From Candidatus Kapaibacterium sp. (GTDB lineage Bacteria > Bacteroidota > Ignavibacteria > Kapaibacteriales > UBA2268), in contig OY761611.1 in NCBI GenBank assembly GCA_963664875.1, forward strand, positions 3,264,001 through 3,328,000: a stretch of DNA of 64,000 nucleotides. The letters run 5' to 3'. The notes below the pieces were generated by a model. It was not told the DNA's origin. It saw only the letters and a program-made list of their open reading frames with translations, and did no database searches. Positions 19,207 through 29,077 of this stretch are shown here, piece by piece. Each line of letters opens with the position of its first letter. Position 1 is the stretch's first letter. The position numbers and the translations under genes are program-made.

Positions 19207-22200
19207 ATGAGAAAAATAGTAGAACAATTTGTCAAATATCCTTTTTATGCAAATATTTTCCTTGCTTCATTGATTATTGGCGGTATCATTGCCATGCTCT
19301 CGATGAAGATGTCGATGTTTCCTGAAACAACACCGAAGGATATATTTGTTACTGTTGCTTACCCCGGAGCTTCCCCTAAAGAGATGGAAGAAGGGGTTAC
19401 AGTCAGAGTCGAAGAAGCTGTCAGAGGCATTGTCGGCATTAAAGAAATCAGATCTACATCATCTGAGAATGTGAGCTCAGTTCATATCGTTACAACAGGT
19501 GAATATGATTTGGATGAAACTTTGATGGAAGTTAAAAATGCTGTTGACGGTATTTCTTCATTCCCGGTTGATGCCGAAAGGCCAATAGTTTATAAACAAA
19601 AAGCTACTACAAAAGCTATGTTTATGGCTCTGTATGGCGATATAGATCTGATGTATCTCAAAAAATTGGCTTACACTGTCGAAGAAGACCTCCGATCTTC
19701 GGGTATTGTCAGCCAACTTTCAGTCATGGGTTATCCTGCAACTGAGCTTTCCATCGAAGTAAAAGAAAACGAACTTCTTCGCTATGGAATCACTTTCGAC
19801 CAGATTTCCAGTGCCATAACAAGAAATAATATTGATATATCAGCCGGTATGATCAAATCTCCTCAGGAAGAAATTTTAATAAGGTCGCGTTCGAGAAGTG
19901 TTGATCCTAACAAGGTAGGCGAATTGGTAGTGGCTGCAGCTGCTGATGGTAGTCTGATCAAAATTCGTGATATAGCTGATGTTAAGATAAAATTTGCAGA
20001 TGTAACAAGTGGTGCCACTCTCAATGGGAAACCAAGTATATCTTTTGATATTACAAAGCTACCCGAAGAAGATTTGAGTGAAATAACTGATTTTATTGAA
20101 AATTATGTTGAAGAGTTTAATCGCAAGCATCCGCAGGCAACTTTAGAAATCACATGGAACTTCATGACATTATTGGAACAGCGACTTCAGTTGCTAATCA
20201 ATAATGGTGGTATGGGGCTGATTCTTGTAGTGTTGTCGTTGACATTTTTCTTGAGATTTGGTCTTTCTTTCTGGGTTGCCATGGGGATTCCTGCCTCATT
20301 TTTAGCTATGTTTATGGCTGCCAGTTTTTATGATGTTACGATAAATATGATTTCTCTGTTTGGTATGATACTGGTCATCGGGATTTTGGTTGATGATGGT
20401 ATCGTGATAGGGGAGAATATTTTTACACATTTTGAAAAAGGCAAATCCAGAAAACAGGCTGCTGTAGATGGCACTATGGAAGTTCTTCCTGCTGTTATTA
20501 CTTCGGTAACGACTACAGTGGTAGCTTTTGTGCCTGTGCTCCTTATTACCCAAGGTGGCTTGGAGTTTATGAAAGAAATGGCAATAGTCGTAATCTTTTC
20601 GCTACTGTTTTCTTTATTCGAAGCATTTTTCGTTTTGCCTGCACACTTGGCCCACAAATGGGTTTTAAATAACAATGAAAAAGAAACTCCTGTACAAAAA
20701 TTCCGAAGAAAACTTGAAAGAGGAATTGATAAGTTCAGAATAAACATCTATGGTAGGCTACTCAAAAAAATTATCACATGGCGCTGGTTTGTAGTTACTA
20801 TTCCGGTTGCATTGTTTGTGATTACTATTGGGATGGTGTTCGGTGGAGTTATACGTGCAACGTTTTTCCCTGCTATTCCTTTTGATACTTTCAATGTGAA
20901 CATTGCTTTCAAACCTGGAACAGGTGAGCAGATTACTCGTGAGTATTTGGAAAAATATGAGAAAGTAGTTTGGGAAATTGCTGATTCGATAAAAACTACA
21001 GGCGACACTTTACCTTACATCAAATATACAAGTTTGCAGATGGGTAATGCCTTTGCAGGCACAGAGTCCGGTTCTCATACAGGTAAGGTAGATGTCTGGT
21101 TCCATGAGATAGACAATCGCAAGCTGACATCAAATATGATTGCTGAGATGGTAAGAAAAAGGATTGGAGCAGTGCCGGAAGCAGAGAAATTTGTTGTAGG
21201 CGGTTCAGACAGATGGGGTAAACCTGTATCTGTTTCGCTATTGAGTAAAAACTCTATAGAGATGTCTCATGCAAAGGAAATGCTTGAAAAAGAACTCGAA
21301 ACTATTGCAGCGTTGACAAATATTTCCGATAACTCTCCGATTGGAAAGCAGGAAATCAGAATTAAGTTAAAACCAAAGGCTTATGCTCTTGGTCTCAATC
21401 AGATTTATATAGCCAACCAAGTGCGTCAGGGTTTTTATGGCGGACAGGCTCAGAGATTGCAGGAAGGTAAAGACGAGATTCGCGTTTGGGTTCGTTATCC
21501 TAAAGAAGGAAGACAAACCATGTCACAGTTCGAAAACATGAGAATTAAGACAGCTCAGGGAGAATTCCCTTTACTTGAACTTATAGATTATGATATCGAA
21601 CGTGGTCCTGTAAGCATTAAACGCTACAACCTTCAAAAAGAAATCACAGTTGAAGCGGATTTAAAAGATCCGAATGATGATGTGCCTCCAATTCTTGAAA
21701 AAATTGAAAATGATATAATGCCTAAAATTCAGGCAAAATATCCGGGTGTTAAGTATGAATTTATGGGGCAGATGAAAAGCTCAAAAGAAAGTGCGGGAGA
21801 GATGGGATTCTACTTCATGATTGCTTTCTTTGTGATTCTTTTGATCATCATGATTCACTTCAAATCATACATACAGTCTTTACTTATCATCAGTATGGTT
21901 CCTATAGGCTGGATGGGTTCTGCTTGGGGGCATGGTTTGGAAGGAGTGCCTATTTCGATGCTATCTGTATGGGGTATGGTTGCTCTCGCAGGTGTGATTG
22001 TTAATGATGCGGTCGTATTTCTATCAAAATACAATGATTTGATAGTAGAAGGCGATAAAGTTGAAACTGCAGCTTACAATGCAGGTATCGCACGCTTTAG
22101 AGCTATTATGCTAACTACTATTACTACGTCAATTGGTCTTTATCCTTTGATATTAGAGACGAGCTTCCAAGCGCAGTTCCTGATACCTATGGCGATAGCT

Positions 22201-22371
22201 CTTGCTTATGGTGTGCTTTTTGGTACAATGTTTATCCTGATATTCTTCCCTGCACTTATTGTCTGCATTAATGACATAAACTGCATGATTTATAGGATAT
22301 GGACAGGCAAACAATGTTCTAAAGAAGAGTTAGAACCGGCTATGAAAAACTATAACAGATCTTTAGGTTAA
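19207..22371 (+). CDS. RND efflux permease (AcrB/AcrD/AcrF family)
   Basis: 1054 aa; YPGASP.E.E, GILVDDGIVIGEN, GVIVNDAVV and RFRAIMLTTITT motifs. Confidence 0.96.
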   Translation: MRKIVEQFVKYPFYANIFLASLIIGGIIAMLSMKMSMFPETTPKDIFVTVAYPGASPKEMEEGVTVRVEEAVRGIVGIKEIRSTSSENVSSVHIVTTGEYDLDETLMEVKNAVDGISSFPVDAERPIVYKQKATTKAMFMALYGDIDLMYLKKLAYTVEEDLRSSGIVSQLSVMGYPATELSIEVKENELLRYGITFDQISSAITRNNIDISAGMIKSPQEEILIRSRSRSVDPNKVGELVVAAAADGSLIKIRDIADVKIKFADVTSGATLNGKPSISFDITKLPEEDLSEITDFIENYVEEFNRKHPQATLEITWNFMTLLEQRLQLLINNGGMGLILVVLSLTFFLRFGLSFWVAMGIPASFLAMFMAASFYDVTINMISLFGMILVIGILVDDGIVIGENIFTHFEKGKSRKQAAVDGTMEVLPAVITSVTTTVVAFVPVLLITQGGLEFMKEMAIVVIFSLLFSLFEAFFVLPAHLAHKWVLNNNEKETPVQKFRRKLERGIDKFRINIYGRLLKKIITWRWFVVTIPVALFVITIGMVFGGVIRATFFPAIPFDTFNVNIAFKPGTGEQITREYLEKYEKVVWEIADSIKTTGDTLPYIKYTSLQMGNAFAGTESGSHTGKVDVWFHEIDNRKLTSNMIAEMVRKRIGAVPEAEKFVVGGSDRWGKPVSVSLLSKNSIEMSHAKEMLEKELETIAALTNISDNSPIGKQEIRIKLKPKAYALGLNQIYIANQVRQGFYGGQAQRLQEGKDEIRVWVRYPKEGRQTMSQFENMRIKTAQGEFPLLELIDYDIERGPVSIKRYNLQKEITVEADLKDPNDDVPPILEKIENDIMPKIQAKYPGVKYEFMGQMKSSKESAGEMGFYFMIAFFVILLIIMIHFKSYIQSLLIISMVPIGWMGSAWGHGLEGVPISMLSVWGMVALAGVIVNDAVVFLSKYNDLIVEGDKVETAAYNAGIARFRAIMLTTITTSIGLYPLILETSFQAQFLIPMAIALAYGVLFGTMFILIFFPALIVCINDINCMIYRIWTGKQCSKEELEPAMKNYNRSLG

Positions 22372-22388
22372 TAATCAGAAGTAGTCAA

Positions 22389-23693
22389 ATGAAATTAAAC
22401 AAAAAAATATTCTTTATTATTGCCTTGTGCAGCTCTTTTTCGTTTGTATCTGCGACAGAGATTAGTCTGGAAGATGCCATTATAATCGGGCTTGACAATA
22501 ATCATCAGGTAAAAATTGCAGGTGCTTCCAGCAGACTTGCAGGTATTAATAATGCCTGGGGAGCTGCCGGCAGATATCCTACTATCGATGCTTCCATCAC
22601 TCAAGGTAATAGATTTGATAATCGCCCGAGTACAGTTTTCCCGGACGAAAGCACAAGTACATCTGTTTCAGCTTCTGTTGGTTTGAACTGGATGATTTTT
22701 GACGGTTTTGCAATAGCAGACAGAAAAGAGAAATTGGAATACTATGACAAGATTGCTCAAAATCAGGAGTACGATATTAAAGAATCGCTTGTCAGAGATA
22801 TTACTCTTGCATATCATCAGGCTCAGATTGATCAGGAAAAACTTGTGGTGCTTCATAAAGTTATGGCACTTTCTGCGGACAGATACCGTAGGGTAAATCT
22901 TGCCAAGGAGCTTGGTAATGCTGTAACATTTGATGTCTTACAACTCAAAAACAATTACCTGCGGGATTCTACTAATGTACTCTACCAAGAGATTGGCTAC
23001 CGCAATTCGCTTCGAGAGCTCAATTTGCTTCTGGGAGAATCAGACGATACAAAATATGAGCCGGTAGGGCAGCTTGTTCCCGATAATTTGGAAACTTCGC
23101 TTGCTGAGCTTCGCTCTCTAATGCTTGAAAACAATAAATCATTGAAGTCTCTAAGGTATAATCAAAATATATTAAAATCCGAACTTAATATAAATGAAAA
23201 TACCTGGCTACCAAAGCTGTCTCTCTCTTCCGGTGTTGATTATAATACTACAAGGACAAAGTATCAGGGATTTGATGCTTCTTCTTCGGACTACTATGAC
23301 TATTACGCAAATCTGAGACTTTCTGTTAACATTTTTAATGGTGGAAATACAGAAAGAGCATTGGAAAAAGCAAAAATAGATGTAGAAAAAGGTGAATACC
23401 AGATTAGCGAAACACAAATCAGATTGGAAAATAGCCTTAAAAGTTTAGTTGAGCTTTACAAGCTAAGAAATGAATTGTACAATGTGTCTCTGGAAAATCT
23501 TAAAAGTGCTGAGCTGAATTTGCAGATTGCAGAGCAAAAGTTCGACTCAGGAGCTATAAGTTCATTTAATTTTAGAGATATACAGCTTGTTTATCTAAAC
23601 GCTGCGTTTGATAAAATCCAGGCAACTTATAACCTGATAGACACTGAACAGGCTATCAAAAAGCTGACCGGTCAGATAGTTTACAGAAGATAG
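22389..23693 (+). CDS. TolC-family outer membrane efflux protein
   Basis: Signal peptide; ISLEDAI, YPTIDAS and WLPKLSLS OEP repeats; operon context. Confidence 0.92.
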   Translation: MKLNKKIFFIIALCSSFSFVSATEISLEDAIIIGLDNNHQVKIAGASSRLAGINNAWGAAGRYPTIDASITQGNRFDNRPSTVFPDESTSTSVSASVGLNWMIFDGFAIADRKEKLEYYDKIAQNQEYDIKESLVRDITLAYHQAQIDQEKLVVLHKVMALSADRYRRVNLAKELGNAVTFDVLQLKNNYLRDSTNVLYQEIGYRNSLRELNLLLGESDDTKYEPVGQLVPDNLETSLAELRSLMLENNKSLKSLRYNQNILKSELNINENTWLPKLSLSSGVDYNTTRTKYQGFDASSSDYYDYYANLRLSVNIFNGGNTERALEKAKIDVEKGEYQISETQIRLENSLKSLVELYKLRNELYNVSLENLKSAELNLQIAEQKFDSGAISSFNFRDIQLVYLNAAFDKIQATYNLIDTEQAIKKLTGQIVYRR

Positions 23694-23720
23694 TCAGTTG
23701 TCAGATATGATAATAATTGC

Positions 23721-23754
23721 AAAAGAGGCTCGAGTAATTGGGTCTCTTTTTTTT
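23721..23754 (+). terminator. Intrinsic terminator
   Basis: aaaagaggctcg...tgggtctc followed by a T run. Confidence 0.75.
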
Positions 23755-23821
23755 ATTAAATATTTGAAATTAAAAATATTTATGTTATATTCAGCTATCT
23801 GTCAATTATAAGTTATGAAAA

Positions 23822-26800
23822 ATGAGAACTCTACTTTTTGCATTTATTTATGTTATGTTTTTGGGTGTGGCTGCGACTTCCAATGCAGCTAATTTGCAAA
23901 CTCTTTCTGAAGATGATATTATTGAGTTTAAGCTGGACTCTTTGGAAGCAATGTTAAATCGCGGAGATAAAACTGCTTTGCTTCAATTAGAGGGAATGAT
24001 AAGTAGCGATAAAAATCTGACTCGCGATACATGGTATGGAAGTAATAATCAATCTATAAATGCATTTGCTGCAGAAATATTAAAAAAATATTGTTCTTTT
24101 GAGCATATGCCAATCCTGAGAGAGATTGAACCGGAAGAATACAAAGTTTTCCTAAGAACATACTATGATAGCATCAGGTATATTCCAAGTTTATTATCTT
24201 TTTCAGATGTTAATTCAGATTATCAAGCCAGTTATAGAGCATTCGACCTTATAGCACAAGATAAACCTGATATTTCATTTCGTCATTTTTCAGATTTGAA
24301 TTCAATTTTCAAAATAAAAAATCCCAACTTATTTCCTAAGTTTTCACTTACAGATGCAAAGAAGAATAAAAAGCTTCTGGAAAGCATTTCTTCTGCACCT
24401 GAAATGGAAGCAGAAGAAGAAAAATACAATAACGATTACACTATTTTTCAGCTTGGATGCTATCCTAGTGATCAGTCATTAGGACTTATTCTGCATATTT
24501 TACGGACAAAAGAAATAAATGATATACAAGCAGCTATTAATAGCTTAGCTATGATTACCAACTTCAAACTTTTTCAGGATTCTGTTCCGGATAAATTCGT
24601 CCTCGCTCAAGCTTATGAAGATTTAAGATTCCAGTACGAGTCTTTTGAAGATATGCAATTTAACGGTTACAAGCACTTGAACATAGCAACTACTGACTCT
24701 GTCCAATTTTATTCAGCTTTATTAGATTTAGAAGATATTCCATGGTGGAATAGGATAAATGCACTTCCTACGGTGCTTAAAATTAAAGATTCAAGAGTAT
24801 TACCATTTTTAGCCGATTTGTCTTTGCTTTATAACATTCTTACAGATAGGACTCTTAAGTATAACATACACTCCTACTATCTTGATACACTTAAAGCGAT
24901 GACTCAAACAGCATTCCAATTTAAGAATGAAAATGGTGGTTATTCAGAATTTCCAGGTTCATACGAAATCAAATGGGGTATCAATCTTTCCAGATACTGG
25001 CATCAACATTATAGAGAATGGAGTTGGAGCGATGCAGAAAATTGTTTTGTTAATCCAACAATAGACTACTACGAGCCTGTTGGGCTAGAAAAACTAGTTA
25101 AAGAAATGGCATCAAAAGACAAAAAAACTGCTATCAATGGATTGATAGAGTTTGTCAGTCAGTTTAATCTCGAAGATGAAGCTATAATAAATAGGGATTG
25201 GTATAATTTGCTTGTATATGAAGAGATTAATAAATGCATCAGTTCAAGTTTCCCTCGCCACAATTTATTACAATTCAAAGTATTTTTGAAGTATTGTGAT
25301 GATTACGAATTTGATTATAAAATTGACAAGGATTTATGTAATGGAGTAGCAAAACTATTGGGATATGAAGAGTTTGGACAAGATAACAATTTAACAGACT
25401 TAATGTTGTTCAAAGTTAAAGAGAAAGGCATAAATCCTGACCAGAAGGTAGAACTGAAACTTTTATCGACTATTGGAATTAATCAAATTCCAAAACTGAT
25501 ATATCTTCAGTACATAAGTAAAAATGTATCTTGGGGCTATTCTAAATTTATAGAAGAATTGACAGACAAAGCTTTTCAAAAGCATATGGATTCTATTTTA
25601 ACAACAGAACGGTATCTAAAGCTCTATTTAAAGTATTTGGCAAATTATGAGCCTATTTCAGATAAAAGAGTTCAGCCTTATGTACTGTATGAAAACTTTA
25701 ACAATTTGAAGGATATTACCGAAAAATTACTTTTAAAGATTGTCCAAAGTAGCGTAGATAGAGAACTACAAACGGTTGCTCTTAATATATTGGTAAATAA
25801 CATTGATCCAGATTTTATTTTTGAAGATTTACCTTTGGTATATATAGATCAGATAACTGGAAACGCTGCAGAGAAACTAAAATTTGTGCCCAAAGCTGAA
25901 AACTACGAAAGGATTGTAAATGCTATCCAAAATACAGATGAAATGGCTAAGTTGCGAAATTACTGTACTTTGTTGGAAAGACACACTTCAATAGAAATGG
26001 TGCCTTCAATTATGCGAATAGTTGATGACTTCAGAGTACATTCTATTTCTATTTCTCATTCACAAAGTGTTGATTTTTCATCCCATTGGTCTGAGGAGAA
26101 AGATTATGTTTCAACTGCTGTTATCTCAATTTTGGAAGATTTGTATGAGTATAGTTATAATTACAACTATGGTACTCAAGAAGTAAACAAAAAATTTATA
26201 CTATTTGCTCAGAAATGCTGGAAGCCGGAAGAAGTAGCTCCGTATTGGAAAAATCAATGGCACAAAGACAGTTTAAATTATAGAGATTGGGGTGTATTTT
26301 ATCATCAAGAAGTGATAGATACTATCAAAGAGAAATACAATAATTCTGATTCTTTAACCTGGCTGGAACTAAATATTATTTCCAAATCAAAATTTAGGAA
26401 AGATTCTGACACTCTAATATGGAAAAAATTACTCTCAAATCTTTATAAAGATGATGTAGAATTTTTATACACTGATAGTATATTCAAACTTAGCTCTTTT
26501 GAAAATATACAACAATATTTTACCAATAAAGAAGCATTTTTCGAGATTTACGAGCATATCTCAGATACTACCTTAATATCATTGGACAAGATATATCAAG
26601 ATTTGCAGAACTTTAATGAGGTAGATCAAGGAGAGATTATTAGTGAATTGTTAGAGCTCGATGTTATTAGAAAAGCTATCATAAATCACCCCAAAAGGGA
26701 TGGTTTTACCAATGATTATATTATTGAGAAAGTTAGTAAATTTAGGGAATATTATTCGAAAATTATCAATACTAAAGATACTTATGCCTATGGCCAAAGT

Positions 26801-27439
26801 GAACTGGAAATAAAAGGGAATCGCTCGATTGGATATAATATAACTAATCCTCCACTTTATTTTATTGAAATGAATGGAATGGATTATTCAAAGAAACTAG
26901 AGTACACTATACTAAATCTAAGAGGCAGAGAACAAAGAAATTACTTAAGGACTTTAGTTGATTCTGTAGAATATAAAGATTTGCCATTGGTCTGTAAATA
27001 TGCTCAACAAATTGATTCCATTTCCAGTTTGAATTATCTACTGGAAAAATTATCTATAAAACTAGGAATCCCATTATTCATGTACTCATTAGAAAACATC
27101 GATTCTTTAGATCAAATTTTAGCATCTCACTCTGAAGAAGAGTATATCCGCACGAGTGCAATGGAATTCTATCCTGATTTATTTGCAGATCAAAAATTAA
27201 ACTATTCTATAGTCGCAGACAATCTAAGATCCCCTTTAGCTTTAAATTACGACAATAAGAATCACTTAGAGTTTTCTCCTATCCTAACACTAATCAGAAT
27301 CCTCGAACTCGAGCACAACACAAGACTTGGCTATGAATACCAATTTGACAGGTATGATGCTAAACAAGTGCAAAGTAGAATTGATGCATGGTTGAAGTTT
27401 TTGGAAGAGAAAGGTTTGATTCATAAGGAGCAAAAGTAA
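23822..27439 (+). CDS. Secreted alpha-helical hypothetical protein, paralog 1 (long form)
   Basis: Signal peptide; the C-terminal ~540 aa align by eye with the two following ORFs. Confidence 0.85.
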   Translation: MRTLLFAFIYVMFLGVAATSNAANLQTLSEDDIIEFKLDSLEAMLNRGDKTALLQLEGMISSDKNLTRDTWYGSNNQSINAFAAEILKKYCSFEHMPILREIEPEEYKVFLRTYYDSIRYIPSLLSFSDVNSDYQASYRAFDLIAQDKPDISFRHFSDLNSIFKIKNPNLFPKFSLTDAKKNKKLLESISSAPEMEAEEEKYNNDYTIFQLGCYPSDQSLGLILHILRTKEINDIQAAINSLAMITNFKLFQDSVPDKFVLAQAYEDLRFQYESFEDMQFNGYKHLNIATTDSVQFYSALLDLEDIPWWNRINALPTVLKIKDSRVLPFLADLSLLYNILTDRTLKYNIHSYYLDTLKAMTQTAFQFKNENGGYSEFPGSYEIKWGINLSRYWHQHYREWSWSDAENCFVNPTIDYYEPVGLEKLVKEMASKDKKTAINGLIEFVSQFNLEDEAIINRDWYNLLVYEEINKCISSSFPRHNLLQFKVFLKYCDDYEFDYKIDKDLCNGVAKLLGYEEFGQDNNLTDLMLFKVKEKGINPDQKVELKLLSTIGINQIPKLIYLQYISKNVSWGYSKFIEELTDKAFQKHMDSILTTERYLKLYLKYLANYEPISDKRVQPYVLYENFNNLKDITEKLLLKIVQSSVDRELQTVALNILVNNIDPDFIFEDLPLVYIDQITGNAAEKLKFVPKAENYERIVNAIQNTDEMAKLRNYCTLLERHTSIEMVPSIMRIVDDFRVHSISISHSQSVDFSSHWSEEKDYVSTAVISILEDLYEYSYNYNYGTQEVNKKFILFAQKCWKPEEVAPYWKNQWHKDSLNYRDWGVFYHQEVIDTIKEKYNNSDSLTWLELNIISKSKFRKDSDTLIWKKLLSNLYKDDVEFLYTDSIFKLSSFENIQQYFTNKEAFFEIYEHISDTTLISLDKIYQDLQNFNEVDQGEIISELLELDVIRKAIINHPKRDGFTNDYIIEKVSKFREYYSKIINTKDTYAYGQSELEIKGNRSIGYNITNPPLYFIEMNGMDYSKKLEYTILNLRGREQRNYLRTLVDSVEYKDLPLVCKYAQQIDSISSLNYLLEKLSIKLGIPLFMYSLENIDSLDQILASHSEEEYIRTSAMEFYPDLFADQKLNYSIVADNLRSPLALNYDNKNHLEFSPILTLIRILELEHNTRLGYEYQFDRYDAKQVQSRIDAWLKFLEEKGLIHKEQK

Positions 27440-29073
27440 TGAGAACTCTACTTTTTGCATTTATTTGCGTTATATTTTTGGGTGTGGCTGCGACTTCCAA
27501 AGAAAAAAAATCAGTCTATTTTGAAAAGATCCCTAAGGCGTATTTAGAAAACAATAAATCAGTGAGAGTGGAAGTACTAAAGTTTGCACCTACTCTTGAA
27601 AACTATAATACAATAGTAGGTTTAATTGAGAAAGGTGACACCAATAATATTTCATATCTGTGTTCAATTCTTGATTCAAATAAATCTATCAAAATGGTAC
27701 CGGCAATCATGCGAATTGTAGATGACCATAGATTAGCATACACAACCTTTAGTATGTGGGATGGACCATCCGGTTCAGGTACATTTGAAGACGAGTACTA
27801 TGTTTCAACCCTAATGATTGCTATTTTGGAAAAGATATACCATTTCAAATTTGTTTATGATGAAGAACATGAGACTATAAGGAAAGAACCAAATACTTAT
27901 TTCCATTCTCATGTAGTTAGAAAACGCAAACAAATTGCTGCTGCCTGGAAAAAGCTGTGGCAAACAAATGGTAGGAACTACAAAAACTGGGGACAAGAAT
28001 TTTACAAAGATAAACTGAAAGAATTGCAAAATTCAGATTATGTAGAATATTATCAATTGAATTTTATTGTAGAGTCTCCTTATAGAAGAACAAAAGATAC
28101 AACTATATGGAAATCATTACTTCCAAAAATTAAGAATGATGGTTTTTTATATTTAAAAACTGATGATATATTCAAAGTTGAGACAATGGAGCAGTTAGAG
28201 CACTTGATTTTTGATAAGCAAAGCTTTATTGAGATGTTTAAGTATATATCTGATTCCAAAAGTATTTCCTTTGAAATAATACAAAAAGCTTTACAGGTTT
28301 ATGCTGATAATGAACAAGGGGAGATTATCACTGCTCTGCTGACCCATGAAGTAATCAAAACTGCAATTATGGAAAATCCTAAAAGAAGCTTTTTCACAGA
28401 TTCTTATATCTTAGATAAAATCAAGGCTTATCGAAAAAATCCGACCCAAACTGATGCATTCTTTGATTTGCTTTATTTAGCTAACAGAGAGGACAATCCT
28501 CAATACTTTATAGCAATGTCTCAAATGAAATTTTCAGAAAAATTAAGCTACATCTTAGATACCCTAAAAGATAAATTGCAGAATAGAGCCGGGATTAAAC
28601 TGATAGAGTCAGCTACATACGAGGATTTGATATTCATTTTTAAAAATACTTCAGATGTGTACAAAATTTGTTTATCTAAAAGTGTATTTGAAACACTTTC
28701 ATTTTCTATTGGGATTCCATTGTATAAATATAATCATAACGATATTCCTACTATACTTAGAATTCTCGAAAGATACGATGAAGAGCTTCTGTATAAACGC
28801 TATGCAAAGCGTATTTACCCTAAACTATACAATGGTGATAAACTCAACTATGAACTTGTAGGAAAAGAGCTGAAATCCCCTTTGAAGTACGAATATAATG
28901 ATGTGCTTGAATTTTCGCCTGTCTTTACTCTTATCAGAGCATTGGAGGTAGAGCACAACACAAGACTGGGCTATTCATATCAATTCCCAAGGTATGATGC
29001 TAAACAAGTGCAAAGTAGAATTGATGCATGGTTGAAGTATTTGGAAGAGAAAGGTTTGATAAACAGGAATTAA
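27439..29073 (+). CDS. Secreted hypothetical protein, paralog 2
   Basis: TAATG overlap with paralog 1, nearly the same signal peptide, shared motifs (MVPAIMRIVDD, NY.NWG, EQGEII, LE.EHNTRLG). Confidence 0.85.
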   Translation: MRTLLFAFICVIFLGVAATSKEKKSVYFEKIPKAYLENNKSVRVEVLKFAPTLENYNTIVGLIEKGDTNNISYLCSILDSNKSIKMVPAIMRIVDDHRLAYTTFSMWDGPSGSGTFEDEYYVSTLMIAILEKIYHFKFVYDEEHETIRKEPNTYFHSHVVRKRKQIAAAWKKLWQTNGRNYKNWGQEFYKDKLKELQNSDYVEYYQLNFIVESPYRRTKDTTIWKSLLPKIKNDGFLYLKTDDIFKVETMEQLEHLIFDKQSFIEMFKYISDSKSISFEIIQKALQVYADNEQGEIITALLTHEVIKTAIMENPKRSFFTDSYILDKIKAYRKNPTQTDAFFDLLYLANREDNPQYFIAMSQMKFSEKLSYILDTLKDKLQNRAGIKLIESATYEDLIFIFKNTSDVYKICLSKSVFETLSFSIGIPLYKYNHNDIPTILRILERYDEELLYKRYAKRIYPKLYNGDKLNYELVGKELKSPLKYEYNDVLEFSPVFTLIRALEVEHNTRLGYSYQFPRYDAKQVQSRIDAWLKYLEEKGLINRN

Positions 29074-29077
29074 AAGC

